DNA of 64,000 nucleotides from an uncultured Gammaproteobacteria bacterium (GTDB taxonomy: Bacteria > Patescibacteriota > Patescibacteriia > S139-126), in assembly GCA_964493305.1 (NCBI GenBank), contig CAZBLW010000001.1, positions 177,484-241,483 of the forward strand, in the 5' to 3' direction. This document shows positions 8,710 through 19,244 of the stretch, piece after piece (position 1 is the first letter of the stretch; each line of letters starts with the position of its first letter). The notes under the pieces are model-generated. The model made no database searches. It had not been told where the DNA came from and saw only the letters and a program-made list of their open reading frames with translations. The translations under genes and the position numbers were made by a program.

Positions 8710-9648
8710 ATGACTAGAAATAAAATATTTCTTATTATTTGGTTAATTTTATTGGCTGTTTTGTTGGTAGGGGCGGGAATCTGGGCTTTGCGCTTATGGG
8801 ATCAAAAGCAATTAGATGAAGTAGTACCAATCAATCAAAATAGCAGTCAGCCAATTGTTGGTAATGATGTTGATAGTTATGGCTGCTTAACTTCCGCTGG
8901 TTATGGTTGGTGTGAGGCTAGTCAGAAGTGTTTGCGAATTTTTGAAGAATTTTGTCCAGATATGGCAACTGGTTTAGTCGGGGCAGTTCGGCAGAATACC
9001 GGAATAGTTTTTACTGGACCAGTTCAGAAAAGTTTCAATTGGGTAACGGGTGATGAAACTACTCAGGCTGATGTTGCCATTGATGGTTTATCTTTTCAAG
9101 CAGAAAATTTGACTATGAATGGTGTTACTACTATAGAAAATTTTCTCAATTCTCTGGCTCAGACTGATTCTTTCAATTTAGCTGATGGTGTTGTTGGTGG
9201 ACAGCGAGGGTATTATTTCAACTATATGGCTTGTTTGTATAATTTTCGTAACAATGAACAGGTAACAACTGAAGCAACTACCACTGAAGCAACTACAACC
9301 GAAGTAGTTAACGATACTTACAATGTAGAATTATCTTGTGGTTATTTTAATCCCAACGATATGCCACAAATAATTACTCAACAAAAAATTAGAGAACTAT
9401 TTGCTCAAAAGTATGATCGTAGCACGGATGAAGTAACCATTGCCATAACTACCAGTACAGCAGATCATATGCGGGGTAGCGTCAAGTTTGGTGATGGTAC
9501 CAAAGGCGAAGGTGGAATATTTTTTGCTGCCAAAGTTGATAACGAGTGGAAGTTGGTGTTTGATGGTAACGGCATGATACCTTGTAATTTATTGACTGAA
9601 TATAAATTTCCTGACGATTTTCAGACTGATTGCGCACCACTAGAATAA
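8710..9648 (+). CDS. Membrane-anchored extracytoplasmic Cys-containing protein
   Basis: N-terminal TM, module GNDVDSYGCLTSAGYGWCEASQKCLRIFEEFCP, short EATTT repeats. Confidence 0.75.
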   Translation: MTRNKIFLIIWLILLAVLLVGAGIWALRLWDQKQLDEVVPINQNSSQPIVGNDVDSYGCLTSAGYGWCEASQKCLRIFEEFCPDMATGLVGAVRQNTGIVFTGPVQKSFNWVTGDETTQADVAIDGLSFQAENLTMNGVTTIENFLNSLAQTDSFNLADGVVGGQRGYYFNYMACLYNFRNNEQVTTEATTTEATTTEVVNDTYNVELSCGYFNPNDMPQIITQQKIRELFAQKYDRSTDEVTIAITTSTADHMRGSVKFGDGTKGEGGIFFAAKVDNEWKLVFDGNGMIPCNLLTEYKFPDDFQTDCAPLE

Positions 9649-9736
9649 TTTTTTAAAACCTCGCTAGTTAGCGAGGTTTTTATAGTGGCACTTTTCTAAG
9701 TATTTATTTATCTAACCGCCTAGTTGGCGGGTAATT

Positions 9737-9782
9737 TTGACATTTATTCAATAATATTATAATATCCCTATATAGGGGATAT
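9737..9782 (+). promoter_or_regulatory. Promoter with CsoR-type operator
   Basis: TTGACA-17-TAATAT adjoining TATCCCTATATAGGGGATA (C-tract/G-tract inverted repeat) directly upstream of csoR. Confidence 0.75.
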
Positions 9783-9820
9783 CGAAAAATTATCAATTAT
9801 AAATTATTAATTTTAAAAAT

Positions 9821-10093
9821 ATGGATAGAAGAAGGAAAACGACGGTTAAATCGCGGGCCTTGCATCGGATAAAGATCATTCAAGGCCATTTGCGTTCAAT
9901 TGAAAAAATGCTTGGTAACAACACTTACTGCATAGATATTGTCCACCAATCGCGGGCAGTACAAAAAGCTTTAAAACAACTTGATTTATTGATTATTGAG
10001 GATCATCTAAAACACTGTGTAGTCAATCAAGTACATCAAGGTCAAGAACAAAAAACTACTAAAGAACTTTTAAAATTATATGAATACAAATAA
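9821..10093 (+). CDS. csoR: CsoR/RcnR-family metal-sensing repressor
   Basis: RIKIIQGHLRSIEKML...YCIDIVHQ...HLKHCV with C-H-C ligands. Confidence 0.9.
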   Translation: MDRRRKTTVKSRALHRIKIIQGHLRSIEKMLGNNTYCIDIVHQSRAVQKALKQLDLLIIEDHLKHCVVNQVHQGQEQKTTKELLKLYEYK

Positions 10094-11564
10094 AGATAAT
10101 AAAAAGATCTATTATGTGGAGGGTATGCATTGCTCCTCCTGTGAATTGTTGATTGAAAAAAAGTTATTGAAAAAATTTGACGTCAAGGCCGCAGATGCTT
10201 CTTTAAATAAAAATCAAGTAGAAGTTTATTTAGCTGATGAGCAAGCTTTGGATTTAGCAGCAATTAATCAAGAATTTAAAAATTTAGGATATAGCTTTTT
10301 TGAAAAACCCAAAGCAAAAAAAATAAAAAAATTATTTTATCGTGCCAACAATAGATGGCATGTAAATAAAGAAAAACTGGCTTCTTTTTTAAAAATTATT
10401 GTTGGGTCTGCGATTTTTTTGTTGGCTTATTATTTTTTAGATAAATGGCAGTTGGGTAGATTTGTATCCGTTGATACTCGTTCTTCTTTGCCAGCTTTTT
10501 TTGTTTTAGGTTTGGTGGCTGGGATTTCTAGTTGCGCGGCTTTGGTAGGTGGGTTATTGCTCTCGCTGACTAAAAAATGGCATGAAGTGTACATTGATAG
10601 TGAAAATAAAAAAGAAAAATTACTACCACACTGGTTATTTCATTTGGGGAGATTGGTGTCATTTTTTATTTTGGGTGGTTTATTGGGTTTATTGGGTAGC
10701 GGTTTGTCTTTCAATAGTTCCACTAGTTATGCTATTTTAGTTGGTTTAGTTTCGCTATTAATGATTGTTTTGGCTTTACAAATGTTGGAGGTGGGGTGGG
10801 CAAAAAAAATTTCTTTTAGTCTACCAAAATTTTTTACCAGCAAAATTGTCAGTGAAAACAATTGGTCAGGTAAATTTTTTCCATTTATTATTGGTGGGCT
10901 AACTTTTTTTCTTCCTTGCGGATTTACTTTAATTGCCCAAGGTATTGCCTTGACTACTGGTAGTTTTTTTATCGGGGGAATGATTATGTTGTTTTTTGCT
11001 TTGGGAACTTTGCCTATGCTAGCTGGCATTAGTTATTCTGGTTATCGTTTTACTCAAAAACCTCATTTAACGGCGAAGTTCTCTCGGATAGCTGGAATTA
11101 TTGTTATTTTTTTTGCTTTTTATAATATCAATGGACAGTTAAATGTTTTAGGTCTACCCAGTCTACACGATGTTAAAAATTATTCAGCAGCAAAAACTCA
11201 AACTCAATCAGGGCCCACTATTTTATTTGGCCCTGATGCCGGTAAAAGTTTACCAATCAGTAGTGATACTAATCAACAAAAAGAAATTAATGATGTTCAG
11301 AAATTAAATATAATCGCCAAGGATTTTGAATATACCAATTTAGGTAGCACTATTTTAAAAGCCGACATACCCACTGTGATGATAGTAGATAATCAAGGAG
11401 TTTTGGGTTGTGGTGCCCAAATGGCGGCACGGGGTTTGTTTAGTGGTTTTGTCAATTTAAAACCGGGTGAAAATCAAGTTAATTTAGGCAAACCCAAGGC
11501 TGGTAGTTATAAAATTACTTGTTCCATGGGCATGGTGCCACCATTAACAGTAACTTTTCAATAA
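10080..11564 (+). CDS. HMA + DsbD_2/TauE-like membrane domain + cupredoxin-like C-terminus
   Basis: GMHCSSC; SSCAALVGG and FFLPCGF; C-terminal ITCSMGM. Confidence 0.85.
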   Translation: MNTNKDNKKIYYVEGMHCSSCELLIEKKLLKKFDVKAADASLNKNQVEVYLADEQALDLAAINQEFKNLGYSFFEKPKAKKIKKLFYRANNRWHVNKEKLASFLKIIVGSAIFLLAYYFLDKWQLGRFVSVDTRSSLPAFFVLGLVAGISSCAALVGGLLLSLTKKWHEVYIDSENKKEKLLPHWLFHLGRLVSFFILGGLLGLLGSGLSFNSSTSYAILVGLVSLLMIVLALQMLEVGWAKKISFSLPKFFTSKIVSENNWSGKFFPFIIGGLTFFLPCGFTLIAQGIALTTGSFFIGGMIMLFFALGTLPMLAGISYSGYRFTQKPHLTAKFSRIAGIIVIFFAFYNINGQLNVLGLPSLHDVKNYSAAKTQTQSGPTILFGPDAGKSLPISSDTNQQKEINDVQKLNIIAKDFEYTNLGSTILKADIPTVMIVDNQGVLGCGAQMAARGLFSGFVNLKPGENQVNLGKPKAGSYKITCSMGMVPPLTVTFQ

Positions 11565-11565
11565 T

Positions 11566-11787
11566 ATGGAGACTAAAATACAAATTAAAGGTATGCATTG
11601 TAACGCTTGTTTAGCACTTATTAGGATGGAACTTGAAGAAAAAGGTTGGGGTGACAGGATAAAAGACATTCAACTAGTAGCTGGTCAAGAAAAAGGGTTA
11701 GTTTATTTTTCTCAACTAACTGCGGATGAATTACATCAGGTGGAAAGTACAATAAATAATTTAGATAATTATCAAGTAATAAAATAA
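11566..11787 (+). CDS. copZ: Copper chaperone (HMA domain)
   Basis: IKGMHCNAC in 73 aa, upstream of P1B ATPase. Confidence 0.8.
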   Translation: METKIQIKGMHCNACLALIRMELEEKGWGDRIKDIQLVAGQEKGLVYFSQLTADELHQVESTINNLDNYQVIK

Positions 11788-11792
11788 ATTAT

Positions 11793-14246
11793 ATGATTAC
11801 TAAAATATATCCTATTGTCGGCATGCATTGTGCGGCGTGTAAAAATTTAATTGAAAAAATGGTTGGTAAATTGGATGGAGTGGAAGGGGTAGAAGTGAAT
11901 TATGCGGCTGAGCAAATGAAAGTAGTTTATGATGAAAATAAGATAACTGTACAAGATTTAATAACGGCAGTTAGTAGCGCCGGTAGTTATCGCTTAATAA
12001 CTACAGATAGCAACCATACTATTTTAGCTGATCCTCATCAGGCCAAAAAGATAACTTCTCAGTACCCTGATCATCATAATCATGTTGCCACCTTGCGTCA
12101 GCAGGAGTATTTACATTTACAAAAAAAAGTTTGGTGGGTGGGTTTAGCTAGTTTGCCTTTTTTGGTGATTATGATTTTTATGGTGGCAGCTGCGTTTAAG
12201 TTTATAGCTATGCCCATGTCGCCCCTGGGCTATTTGACATTCGAGCAATTTAACTATCAGATTGATTTATTTTATTTGCTGCAATTTTTAGTTGCCACAC
12301 CAATTATCTTTTTTGGCGGTAAACAATTTTTTCAAAGTGCTTGGCAAGCAGTTCGAGTAAAATCAGCTAATATGGATACCTTGATTGCCTTAGGAACTTT
12401 TGTTGCTTGGTCGTATTCTACTATGGTAACTTTCTTGCCCAATTTATTTAGTCAGTTGGCGGTTGAGGTTTTTTTTGAGGCAGGCGTATTTATTACTTTT
12501 TTTATTCTGTTAGGGCGTTTATTGGAAGCTCGTGCCAAAGGACAAGCTAGCGATGCGATCAAAGCTTTGTTACAGCTGGGAGCAAAAGCAGCTACAGTAG
12601 TACGTGATGGTAAAGAGATAACCTTGCCAGTCAATGAGGTTTTAGTAGCTGATGTAGTAGTTGTTAGACCAGGAGAGAAGATACCGGTAGACGGTAAAAT
12701 AATATCAGGCAATAGTACTATAGATGAGTCCATGGTTACTGGTGAGTCGATGCCGGTAGAAAAAAATGTAGGTGATTTAGTAATTGGTGCCACCATAAAT
12801 AAAATAGGTAGTTTTAAATTTGTTGCCACAAAAGTCGGTGAAGATACTCTGTTGGCACAAATAATTAAAATGGTTCAAGAAGCTCAAGGTAGTACTCCAC
12901 CTATTCAAAAATTGGCAGACAGAATTTCTGCAGTTTTTGTACCAATAGTTGTAATCATTGCAGTATTTAGTTTTATTTTTTGGTTGTTGATCGCCCCTCG
13001 ACTGGGTTTGGTTGGTGGGGACACATCCACTTTACAACTAGCGTTATATATTGCGATCACCGTGTTAATCATTGCTTGTCCTTGTGCTTTGGGACTAGCA
13101 ACTCCTACGGCTGTAATGGTAGGTTCGGGTAAGGCTGCAAAAAATGGAATTTTGATAAAAGATGCCACAGCATTAGAGTGGTCCAATAAAATTGAAAAGA
13201 TTGTTTTTGATAAAACCGGAACATTGACCAAAGGTGAACCAGCAGTGACTGATTGGCAAATAGCTAACCAGGAAGATAAAGATGAAATTTTACGTTTAGC
13301 CTATGCAGTTGAACATTTATCTGAGCATCCTTTGTCTACTGCTATCACCAATTATGCCAAACAGCATAATTTAGCGAATGATTTAAAAGTAGAAAATTTT
13401 CAAAGTTTAGTTGGTTTGGGCGTAACAGCAGTAGTTTCAGGCAAAAAAATAATATTGGGAAATGAAAAATTATTTATTAACGAACAAATAAATATTGAAA
13501 GTTTTGGTGAAACTGCTACAAGGTGGAAAAATACTGGTCAGACATTGGTTTATATGGGAATTGACAATAGTGTTGTTGCTCTATTTGCTTTGGCTGATGT
13601 AGTTAAAAATGAAGCTCCAGAATCACTCAATAAATTGCGAAGCTTGGGTATTACCACCATTATGTTAACTGGTGACAATGAGATGACTGCTCGCACAATT
13701 GCAAATCAATTGGGGATAGATGATATAATCGCTGAAGTGCTGCCACAAGACAAAGCCGAGATTATCAAGAAATTACAAAAAAATACAAAAGGCAAGATAG
13801 CTATGGTGGGCGATGGCATCAATGACGCACCAGCTCTGGCACAAGCTGATATTGGTATAGCTATGGGCACAGGTACTGATGTGGCAATTGAGACTGGTAG
13901 CATTGTTTTGGTTAAAGGAAGTTTAGATAAAGTAGTAGAAACCATAGAACTATCCCGTTTGACTTTTGGCATCATCAAACAAAATTTATTCTGGGCGTTT
14001 GGTTACAATGTTATTGCAATTCCGGTTGCAGCTGGTATTTTGTATTCTGCTTTTGGTTTATTACTCTCGCCAATTATTGCTTCTGCCGCTATGGCTTTTA
14101 GCTCTATTTCAGTGGTATTAAATAGTTTACGGTTGAAAAAGTTGACTACAAAAAATAAGAATTTATCAAATTTGTTTTTTTATATTTTTATTTTTATTTT
14201 TGTTGCGCTGGTGTTTTATTTTGGTGCAATTTTAGGAAGGATGTAA
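11793..14246 (+). CDS. copA: Cu(I)-translocating P1B-type ATPase
   Basis: [34 protein letters not shown] and MAFSS motifs. Confidence 0.95.
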   Translation: MITKIYPIVGMHCAACKNLIEKMVGKLDGVEGVEVNYAAEQMKVVYDENKITVQDLITAVSSAGSYRLITTDSNHTILADPHQAKKITSQYPDHHNHVATLRQQEYLHLQKKVWWVGLASLPFLVIMIFMVAAAFKFIAMPMSPLGYLTFEQFNYQIDLFYLLQFLVATPIIFFGGKQFFQSAWQAVRVKSANMDTLIALGTFVAWSYSTMVTFLPNLFSQLAVEVFFEAGVFITFFILLGRLLEARAKGQASDAIKALLQLGAKAATVVRDGKEITLPVNEVLVADVVVVRPGEKIPVDGKIISGNSTIDESMVTGESMPVEKNVGDLVIGATINKIGSFKFVATKVGEDTLLAQIIKMVQEAQGSTPPIQKLADRISAVFVPIVVIIAVFSFIFWLLIAPRLGLVGGDTSTLQLALYIAITVLIIACPCALGLATPTAVMVGSGKAAKNGILIKDATALEWSNKIEKIVFDKTGTLTKGEPAVTDWQIANQEDKDEILRLAYAVEHLSEHPLSTAITNYAKQHNLANDLKVENFQSLVGLGVTAVVSGKKIILGNEKLFINEQINIESFGETATRWKNTGQTLVYMGIDNSVVALFALADVVKNEAPESLNKLRSLGITTIMLTGDNEMTARTIANQLGIDDIIAEVLPQDKAEIIKKLQKNTKGKIAMVGDGINDAPALAQADIGIAMGTGTDVAIETGSIVLVKGSLDKVVETIELSRLTFGIIKQNLFWAFGYNVIAIPVAAGILYSAFGLLLSPIIASAAMAFSSISVVLNSLRLKKLTTKNKNLSNLFFYIFIFIFVALVFYFGAILGRM

Positions 14247-14316
14247 AAATTACCCTTGGAAATAATTGATTTTCAGTATATAATAAGCTAGCATCTAAAA
14301 ATTAATTATTTTATAT

Positions 14317-14694
14317 ATGCGTAAAAGTTTGCTAGTTGTATTTATGTTCCTGATGGTTTTTTTAGTTGGTTGTACCACTAAACCAGTGAGTCAACCAGTG
14401 GAAACAAACTCAGTAAATAATACTAACAATGAAGATATGACAAATAACAATCCAACTTATAAAATGTCAGAAGTAGCTAGTCACAATACAGCCAGTGATT
14501 GTTGGTCAGTAGTTAGAGGACAAGTGTATGATTTGACTGAATGGATTGCTAAACACCCGGGCGGTGAAGCAGCTATCACCCAGTTGTGTGGAGTTGATGG
14601 TACTGATAAGTTTGTGGGAAAGCATGGCGGTAGTAGTTTGCAGGAAAATACTTTGGCAGAATACAAAATAGGCGATCTATCTGCTGAACAATAA
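14317..14694 (+). CDS. Cytochrome b5-like heme-binding lipoprotein
   Basis: Lipobox LVGC; EVASHN...DCW...VYDLT.W...HPGG...H. Confidence 0.88.
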   Translation: MRKSLLVVFMFLMVFLVGCTTKPVSQPVETNSVNNTNNEDMTNNNPTYKMSEVASHNTASDCWSVVRGQVYDLTEWIAKHPGGEAAITQLCGVDGTDKFVGKHGGSSLQENTLAEYKIGDLSAEQ

Positions 14695-14737
14695 AATAAA
14701 ATTTAAAACCCTTTGTCGATACAAAGGGTTTTTTGTT

Positions 14738-15067
14738 TTAGAGATAAGTTTTAGCTGCCATGCGTAAAGTGTCATAACTGCCATCATTGAGGCCACGTTG
14801 GTACATTAGGGTAAGCATACGTTCAATCGTTAAAATATCATCTGGATTTTTTATTTTCTGGACAATAATGCCAAAATCAAACAAAACTGTTTTAACGTCT
14901 TCTTGATCAAATTTTTCCGGGTGCATTAAATCTATAAATTCAAATTCAATATTCGGGTGATTTTTTTGAATATATTGTTTTGCTTGTGAAGGCAGTAAAC
15001 TATCAACTAGCATGACACATGGTACCAGGCGGCGGCCCTTTTTAATATTAATTAATACTGGGTACAT
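14738..15067 (-). CDS. Hypothetical protein
   Basis: AAGGAGGT SD and TTGACA-17-TAATCT promoter; shares terminator 14705-14735. Confidence 0.7.
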   Translation of the reverse strand: MYPVLINIKKGRRLVPCVMLVDSLLPSQAKQYIQKNHPNIEFEFIDLMHPEKFDQEDVKTVLFDFGIIVQKIKNPDDILTIERMLTLMYQRGLNDGSYDTLRMAAKTYL

Positions 15068-15249
15068 AATGAACCTCCTTATTTTTAAGTTGCATAACTT
15101 ATGCAGATTAAAACCAATGTCTTATTTTGTCAATAAATAGCGATTCTATTGGTAAATATTGGCATTTTAGTATTGACAAAATCCGAAAAATATGCTATCA
15201 TCAATGGTTAGTTCTTAAATAATTTATCACAAATCAATAGGAGATCGTC

Positions 15250-15732
15250 ATGCATATCAGGCCAAAACATATTATCGTATTGATAATAATGCTTTTCACC
15301 AGTACTTTTCTACTTGATTCTTTTAAAATGGTAAAAGAAGCAGATTACGTTTGTTATTATTCATATCAGTATATAGCAGATGGTTTTCCACCTGCAAGTG
15401 AAATTTCTGACATGGATAATCATGCTCGAGTGGCATTATTTTTTTATCTTTTCTTGGCAGCAGCCATTATTATGTTTTACTTTGTAAAAAATAAAACAGT
15501 CGGGCTTTTTCCGGTAGGTATTATAATATTTTCCGCAATCGTTCTTTCCGTGGTCAGAATTTTTACGACCATGAAGGTAGAAACCTTTCACTGGGAAAAT
15601 ATTTTTGCACCTTTGGTCTTAGGTTTAACCTATGGATTAGTAATTTTTCTCTGGAGATATCAATTTCCAGAAATTAGATTTAAAAAATCAAAAATTGCAA
15701 AAGAATACGAAAAAGCCCATGCAAGTGAATAA
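15250..15732 (+). CDS. Hypothetical 4-TM membrane protein
   Basis: Hydrophobic segments; AGGAG SD, TTGACA-17-TATCAT promoter, terminator about 15750-15778. Confidence 0.7.
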   Translation: MHIRPKHIIVLIIMLFTSTFLLDSFKMVKEADYVCYYSYQYIADGFPPASEISDMDNHARVALFFYLFLAAAIIMFYFVKNKTVGLFPVGIIIFSAIVLSVVRIFTTMKVETFHWENIFAPLVLGLTYGLVIFLWRYQFPEIRFKKSKIAKEYEKAHASE

Positions 15733-15797
15733 TAGTTAAATTAAATTTTAACCCGCAACAACGTTTGCGGGTTTTTTATTTCGTTTAAATTATTAGA

Positions 15798-17489
15798 TTA
15801 CCAGCTGCCACCACCACCACCACCAAAACCACCACCAGAAAATCCACCTCCTGCAGAACCACTACCTCCCCGGGAGGCCTGGGAAATATTATTTCCCATT
15901 TGCGTATTGAAATTAGATAAGTCATTAGTAAATTGTGTAGCCAAAAAAGCATTGGTTGTACTACCTTGATACCAGTCAGGATTTTGGATATAAATATCTT
16001 TAAACTGCTCAGCCCATTGTTTTTCCACTCCCATGGCTATTGCAAAAGGTAAATACTGCATAAACTGTTCCGGGTTTTTGTCTGGAGCGTTGTGAAATTT
16101 AAATCGGTCCTTGTCAGTAACTGATAAAAATTCTTTAAAACCAAGTAAGTGATCTTTTACTTCCGATCCTTGATAAGTTTTTCTGGGCATGAGCCAACCA
16201 AAAATCATCACCACCCCACCGGTTAAAAGCAGTGCTAGAAAATATACAAAAGCCAAGTCGCCGATAAAAAATCCAATCATTATTAAACCACCAGCAAAAG
16301 TAGTGTATTTAAGCTTGATGGTATTGGGATTTTTATCATACCAACCCAAAGTTACCATTTCTTCACTAATATTTTTTTTGAATTCAGTTATTCTTTTGGC
16401 AATAGATTTATCTTTTTTTATACTAGATAATTTGATACTACTACCGGCTAGTTTATTGTCAGTAAAAAATATTTCACTAACCAAACCAGCTATGCCAGTA
16501 TCCTTGGCCGGGAGATCTTTTAAAACTAGTAATTCATAATCAACCGATTTAAAGATACTGGATTTTTCTACCCGAGTGATTTTGATATAACCTTGTTGGG
16601 CAAGATATATAATTCCTGCTGTGATATCGCGGTTATCAATTTTTTCATCAATCAAAGCTCCCACCAAAGTAGGCGAGACATTTTGGGGAGGTTCGTATTC
16701 GGCAATGATAGTACCCCGACCAACCGGATCTTTGCCATGGCGTTGCCAAATTAAATACATTATTATAAGTGCTACAAAAGGTAGAAGTAAAATAAAATTG
16801 TCTCTGATAATTTTGCCAATTTTTTCCCAAACAGTTGGAGCTTGAAAAAAACCTTTATCTATTCCCAAAGCAATAGTCAGGCCTTCGCCCGGATATAATA
16901 TATTGGTAGTTTGAAAATTGATGTTATTGGCTGTCTGGGTCAGGCGACAAGGGGTTTGTGAACCAACTTGACCCTGATAACAAGCAGCTTGTTTTAATTG
17001 TGCTCCACTTGGTAGATTTATTTCTGTTGTAACTTGGAGCATGTTTACTGGCCAGTCATTGCCAGTCACATTCCAATACAACTCATCATAGTCGTTAAAA
17101 AAGTTGATCGCCCCCTCAACTTGATAAATTATTTGATATTCTTGGCGACCAGTAACTGTACTGTCAGCCGAGCCAATTTTAATATTTAAATTTTCCCCTT
17201 GAATTTTGTCAGAGTAGGTTTCATTTAGGCCATTGCGCAAAACTCCAAGCACTTTAATGGAGATATTTCTGTTGCCATAATCAGTTTTATATCTGATAGG
17301 TATATCTCGATAGATGCCGTGTTTTGGTAAATCGCCAAAATCATAAATAATTGTTTCCCTGACCGTAAAAAATTTTGAGGCCAATTTTATATCAGCACCA
17401 AAACTTTGGATAGTTTCCGCTTGAGCAGTATGGATACCAACTAAAATAAATAAAAATAAACTAAATACAATTTTAGGCAATTTTTTCAT
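15798..17489 (-). CDS. DUF2207-family membrane protein
   Basis: HGIYRDIP, DELYWNVTG, YLPFAIAMGV, C-terminal GGGFSGGGFGGGGGGSW. Confidence 0.9.
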   Translation of the reverse strand: MKKLPKIVFSLFLFILVGIHTAQAETIQSFGADIKLASKFFTVRETIIYDFGDLPKHGIYRDIPIRYKTDYGNRNISIKVLGVLRNGLNETYSDKIQGENLNIKIGSADSTVTGRQEYQIIYQVEGAINFFNDYDELYWNVTGNDWPVNMLQVTTEINLPSGAQLKQAACYQGQVGSQTPCRLTQTANNINFQTTNILYPGEGLTIALGIDKGFFQAPTVWEKIGKIIRDNFILLLPFVALIIMYLIWQRHGKDPVGRGTIIAEYEPPQNVSPTLVGALIDEKIDNRDITAGIIYLAQQGYIKITRVEKSSIFKSVDYELLVLKDLPAKDTGIAGLVSEIFFTDNKLAGSSIKLSSIKKDKSIAKRITEFKKNISEEMVTLGWYDKNPNTIKLKYTTFAGGLIMIGFFIGDLAFVYFLALLLTGGVVMIFGWLMPRKTYQGSEVKDHLLGFKEFLSVTDKDRFKFHNAPDKNPEQFMQYLPFAIAMGVEKQWAEQFKDIYIQNPDWYQGSTTNAFLATQFTNDLSNFNTQMGNNISQASRGGSGSAGGGFSGGGFGGGGGGSW

Positions 17490-17562
17490 AGTTTAATTGT
17501 AGGTCTTATTTTTCTTTGTTTCAACCTTTTGGTTTAAGGATAATAAGTTATATAATAGATAT

Positions 17563-18069
17563 ATGAAACTAAAAAAAGTAGTGGTCAATGACAAAATGCA
17601 AACAGGTTATGTTTATTTTTTGACAGAATCAGCAGAAAAAAATTTTCACCCTGAGTTTAAACCCGAGCTTACCCCCAAAGAAATGTTGGCTTTGGGAGTG
17701 TTTGGTGGAAAATATCTCAATGATTGCAGATCCGAGTTTCCCAAGGATTGGTATAAATCAGCTAAGTTAAGTTTAAAGAAAAATATAAAATTAAATTATT
17801 TTAAAGTTGATGCTAGTTTGCCTTTGGCCGAATGGCAGCGTAAAGGCTGGATTTATCCGGAAGACCCCCGCGGTTGGTTTCAGTGGTATTGTCGTTACTA
17901 TTTGGGCAGGCGTATTCCTGAAGAGGATCTTAGACAGATTAAAAGATGGAAGGCGATTCGCAGGCATTACACCGCAGTTAAAATTCACTGTCTCAGGGGT
18001 GATTTCGGTTGCCGGCCTCGGCAAAGACAAGCTTTACTTCATTGGGCGTATGATAGCAGGCGTATATAA
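17563..18069 (+). CDS. Conserved protein of unknown function
   Basis: Motifs PELTPKEML-LGVFGGKY, DPRGWFQWYCRYYLGRR, RQALLHWAYD. Confidence 0.8.
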   Translation: MKLKKVVVNDKMQTGYVYFLTESAEKNFHPEFKPELTPKEMLALGVFGGKYLNDCRSEFPKDWYKSAKLSLKKNIKLNYFKVDASLPLAEWQRKGWIYPEDPRGWFQWYCRYYLGRRIPEEDLRQIKRWKAIRRHYTAVKIHCLRGDFGCRPRQRQALLHWAYDSRRI

Positions 18070-18100
18070 AATTATAAATTGTAAATTTTAAATTATAAAA

Positions 18101-19102
18101 ATGGACTTAAGTAAGTTGAATGAAATATTAAAAAGTGAACCGTCGTATCGCCAGCAACAAATTAATCAGGCGGTATTTATTGATTTGGTTGTCACTTGGG
18201 AGGAGGCAACAACTTTACCACAAAAATTACGAAAAGTTTTGATGGACAATTGTCCGTTGGAAATAAAAGCAGATATTTTTCAAAGTCGAGATAACAAAAC
18301 CAGCAAAGCTTTGATTACCTTGGAAGATGGCAATAAAATCGAAACAGTGTTGATGCGACATGAAGGTGAGAGACACACGGTCTGTGTATCCAGTCAGGTT
18401 GGTTGTCCGTTGGCTTGCACTTTTTGTGCTACCGGCAAGTTGGGATTGAAACGCAATTTAACAAGCGATGAAATCGTCGAACAGGTGCTGCTCTGGAATC
18501 GCGTGTTAAAGCAACTAGGTGAAGAAGATCGGGTGACCAATGTAGTCTATATGGGAATGGGTGAGCCGTTTTTAAATTATACCAATGTACTAAAATCAGT
18601 TAGATTGTTAAATGATAAACAAGGGTTTAATATTGCTGCGCGAAAAATTTCTATTTCGACTTCAGGCATTGCTCCCAAAATAAAAAAGTTTGCTGAAGAA
18701 AAAATGCAAATAAATCTTGCTTTGTCCTTACATGCCCCCAATGATGAGTTGCGTTCTCAGTTAATGCCCATTAACACTCACTTCCCCTTGTCGGAGGTAA
18801 TGCAGGCTATTGATTATTATATTAAAAAGACTAATCGAAAAGTTATGTGTGAATATCTGATGATTGCTGGTGTAAATGATTCGCTTGAACAAGCTCGGCA
18901 ATTAGTTAAGTTGTTAAAAAACAAATTAGTTATGGTTAACTTGATTGCTTACAATCCAACCAATGCATACCGACCAGTCAAGTCAAAAAGTATAAAAATT
19001 TTTAAAGATTATTTAGCTGAAGCAGGATTGGAAGTAAGTCAACGTTTTACTTTTGGTCAAGATATTAAAGCGGCTTGTGGACAGTTGGCTTTGGATAATT
19101 AG
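18101..19102 (+). CDS. rlmN: Radical SAM RNA methyltransferase RlmN family
   Basis: CVSSQVGCPLACTFCATG, MGMGEP, SLHAP, AACGQL. Confidence 0.92.
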   Translation: MDLSKLNEILKSEPSYRQQQINQAVFIDLVVTWEEATTLPQKLRKVLMDNCPLEIKADIFQSRDNKTSKALITLEDGNKIETVLMRHEGERHTVCVSSQVGCPLACTFCATGKLGLKRNLTSDEIVEQVLLWNRVLKQLGEEDRVTNVVYMGMGEPFLNYTNVLKSVRLLNDKQGFNIAARKISISTSGIAPKIKKFAEEKMQINLALSLHAPNDELRSQLMPINTHFPLSEVMQAIDYYIKKTNRKVMCEYLMIAGVNDSLEQARQLVKLLKNKLVMVNLIAYNPTNAYRPVKSKSIKIFKDYLAEAGLEVSQRFTFGQDIKAACGQLALDN

Positions 19103-19244
19103 GTTTTGTATTTTTATCAGATGATTATAAATTTTAAATGAAGTATTAATTATTTATTATTTATTCTTAAATCTTAATTCTATCTATAACTTCGTTTGTA
19201 AAAAACCATTGTTTGACTTACTATTTAATTAGTAAATAAAAGTA

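Noticed and set aside
18101-19102. Cfr antibiotic-resistance methyltransferase
   Set aside because: Motifs fit the RlmN/Cfr family generally and context is housekeeping; nothing visible supports Cfr without a phylogeny
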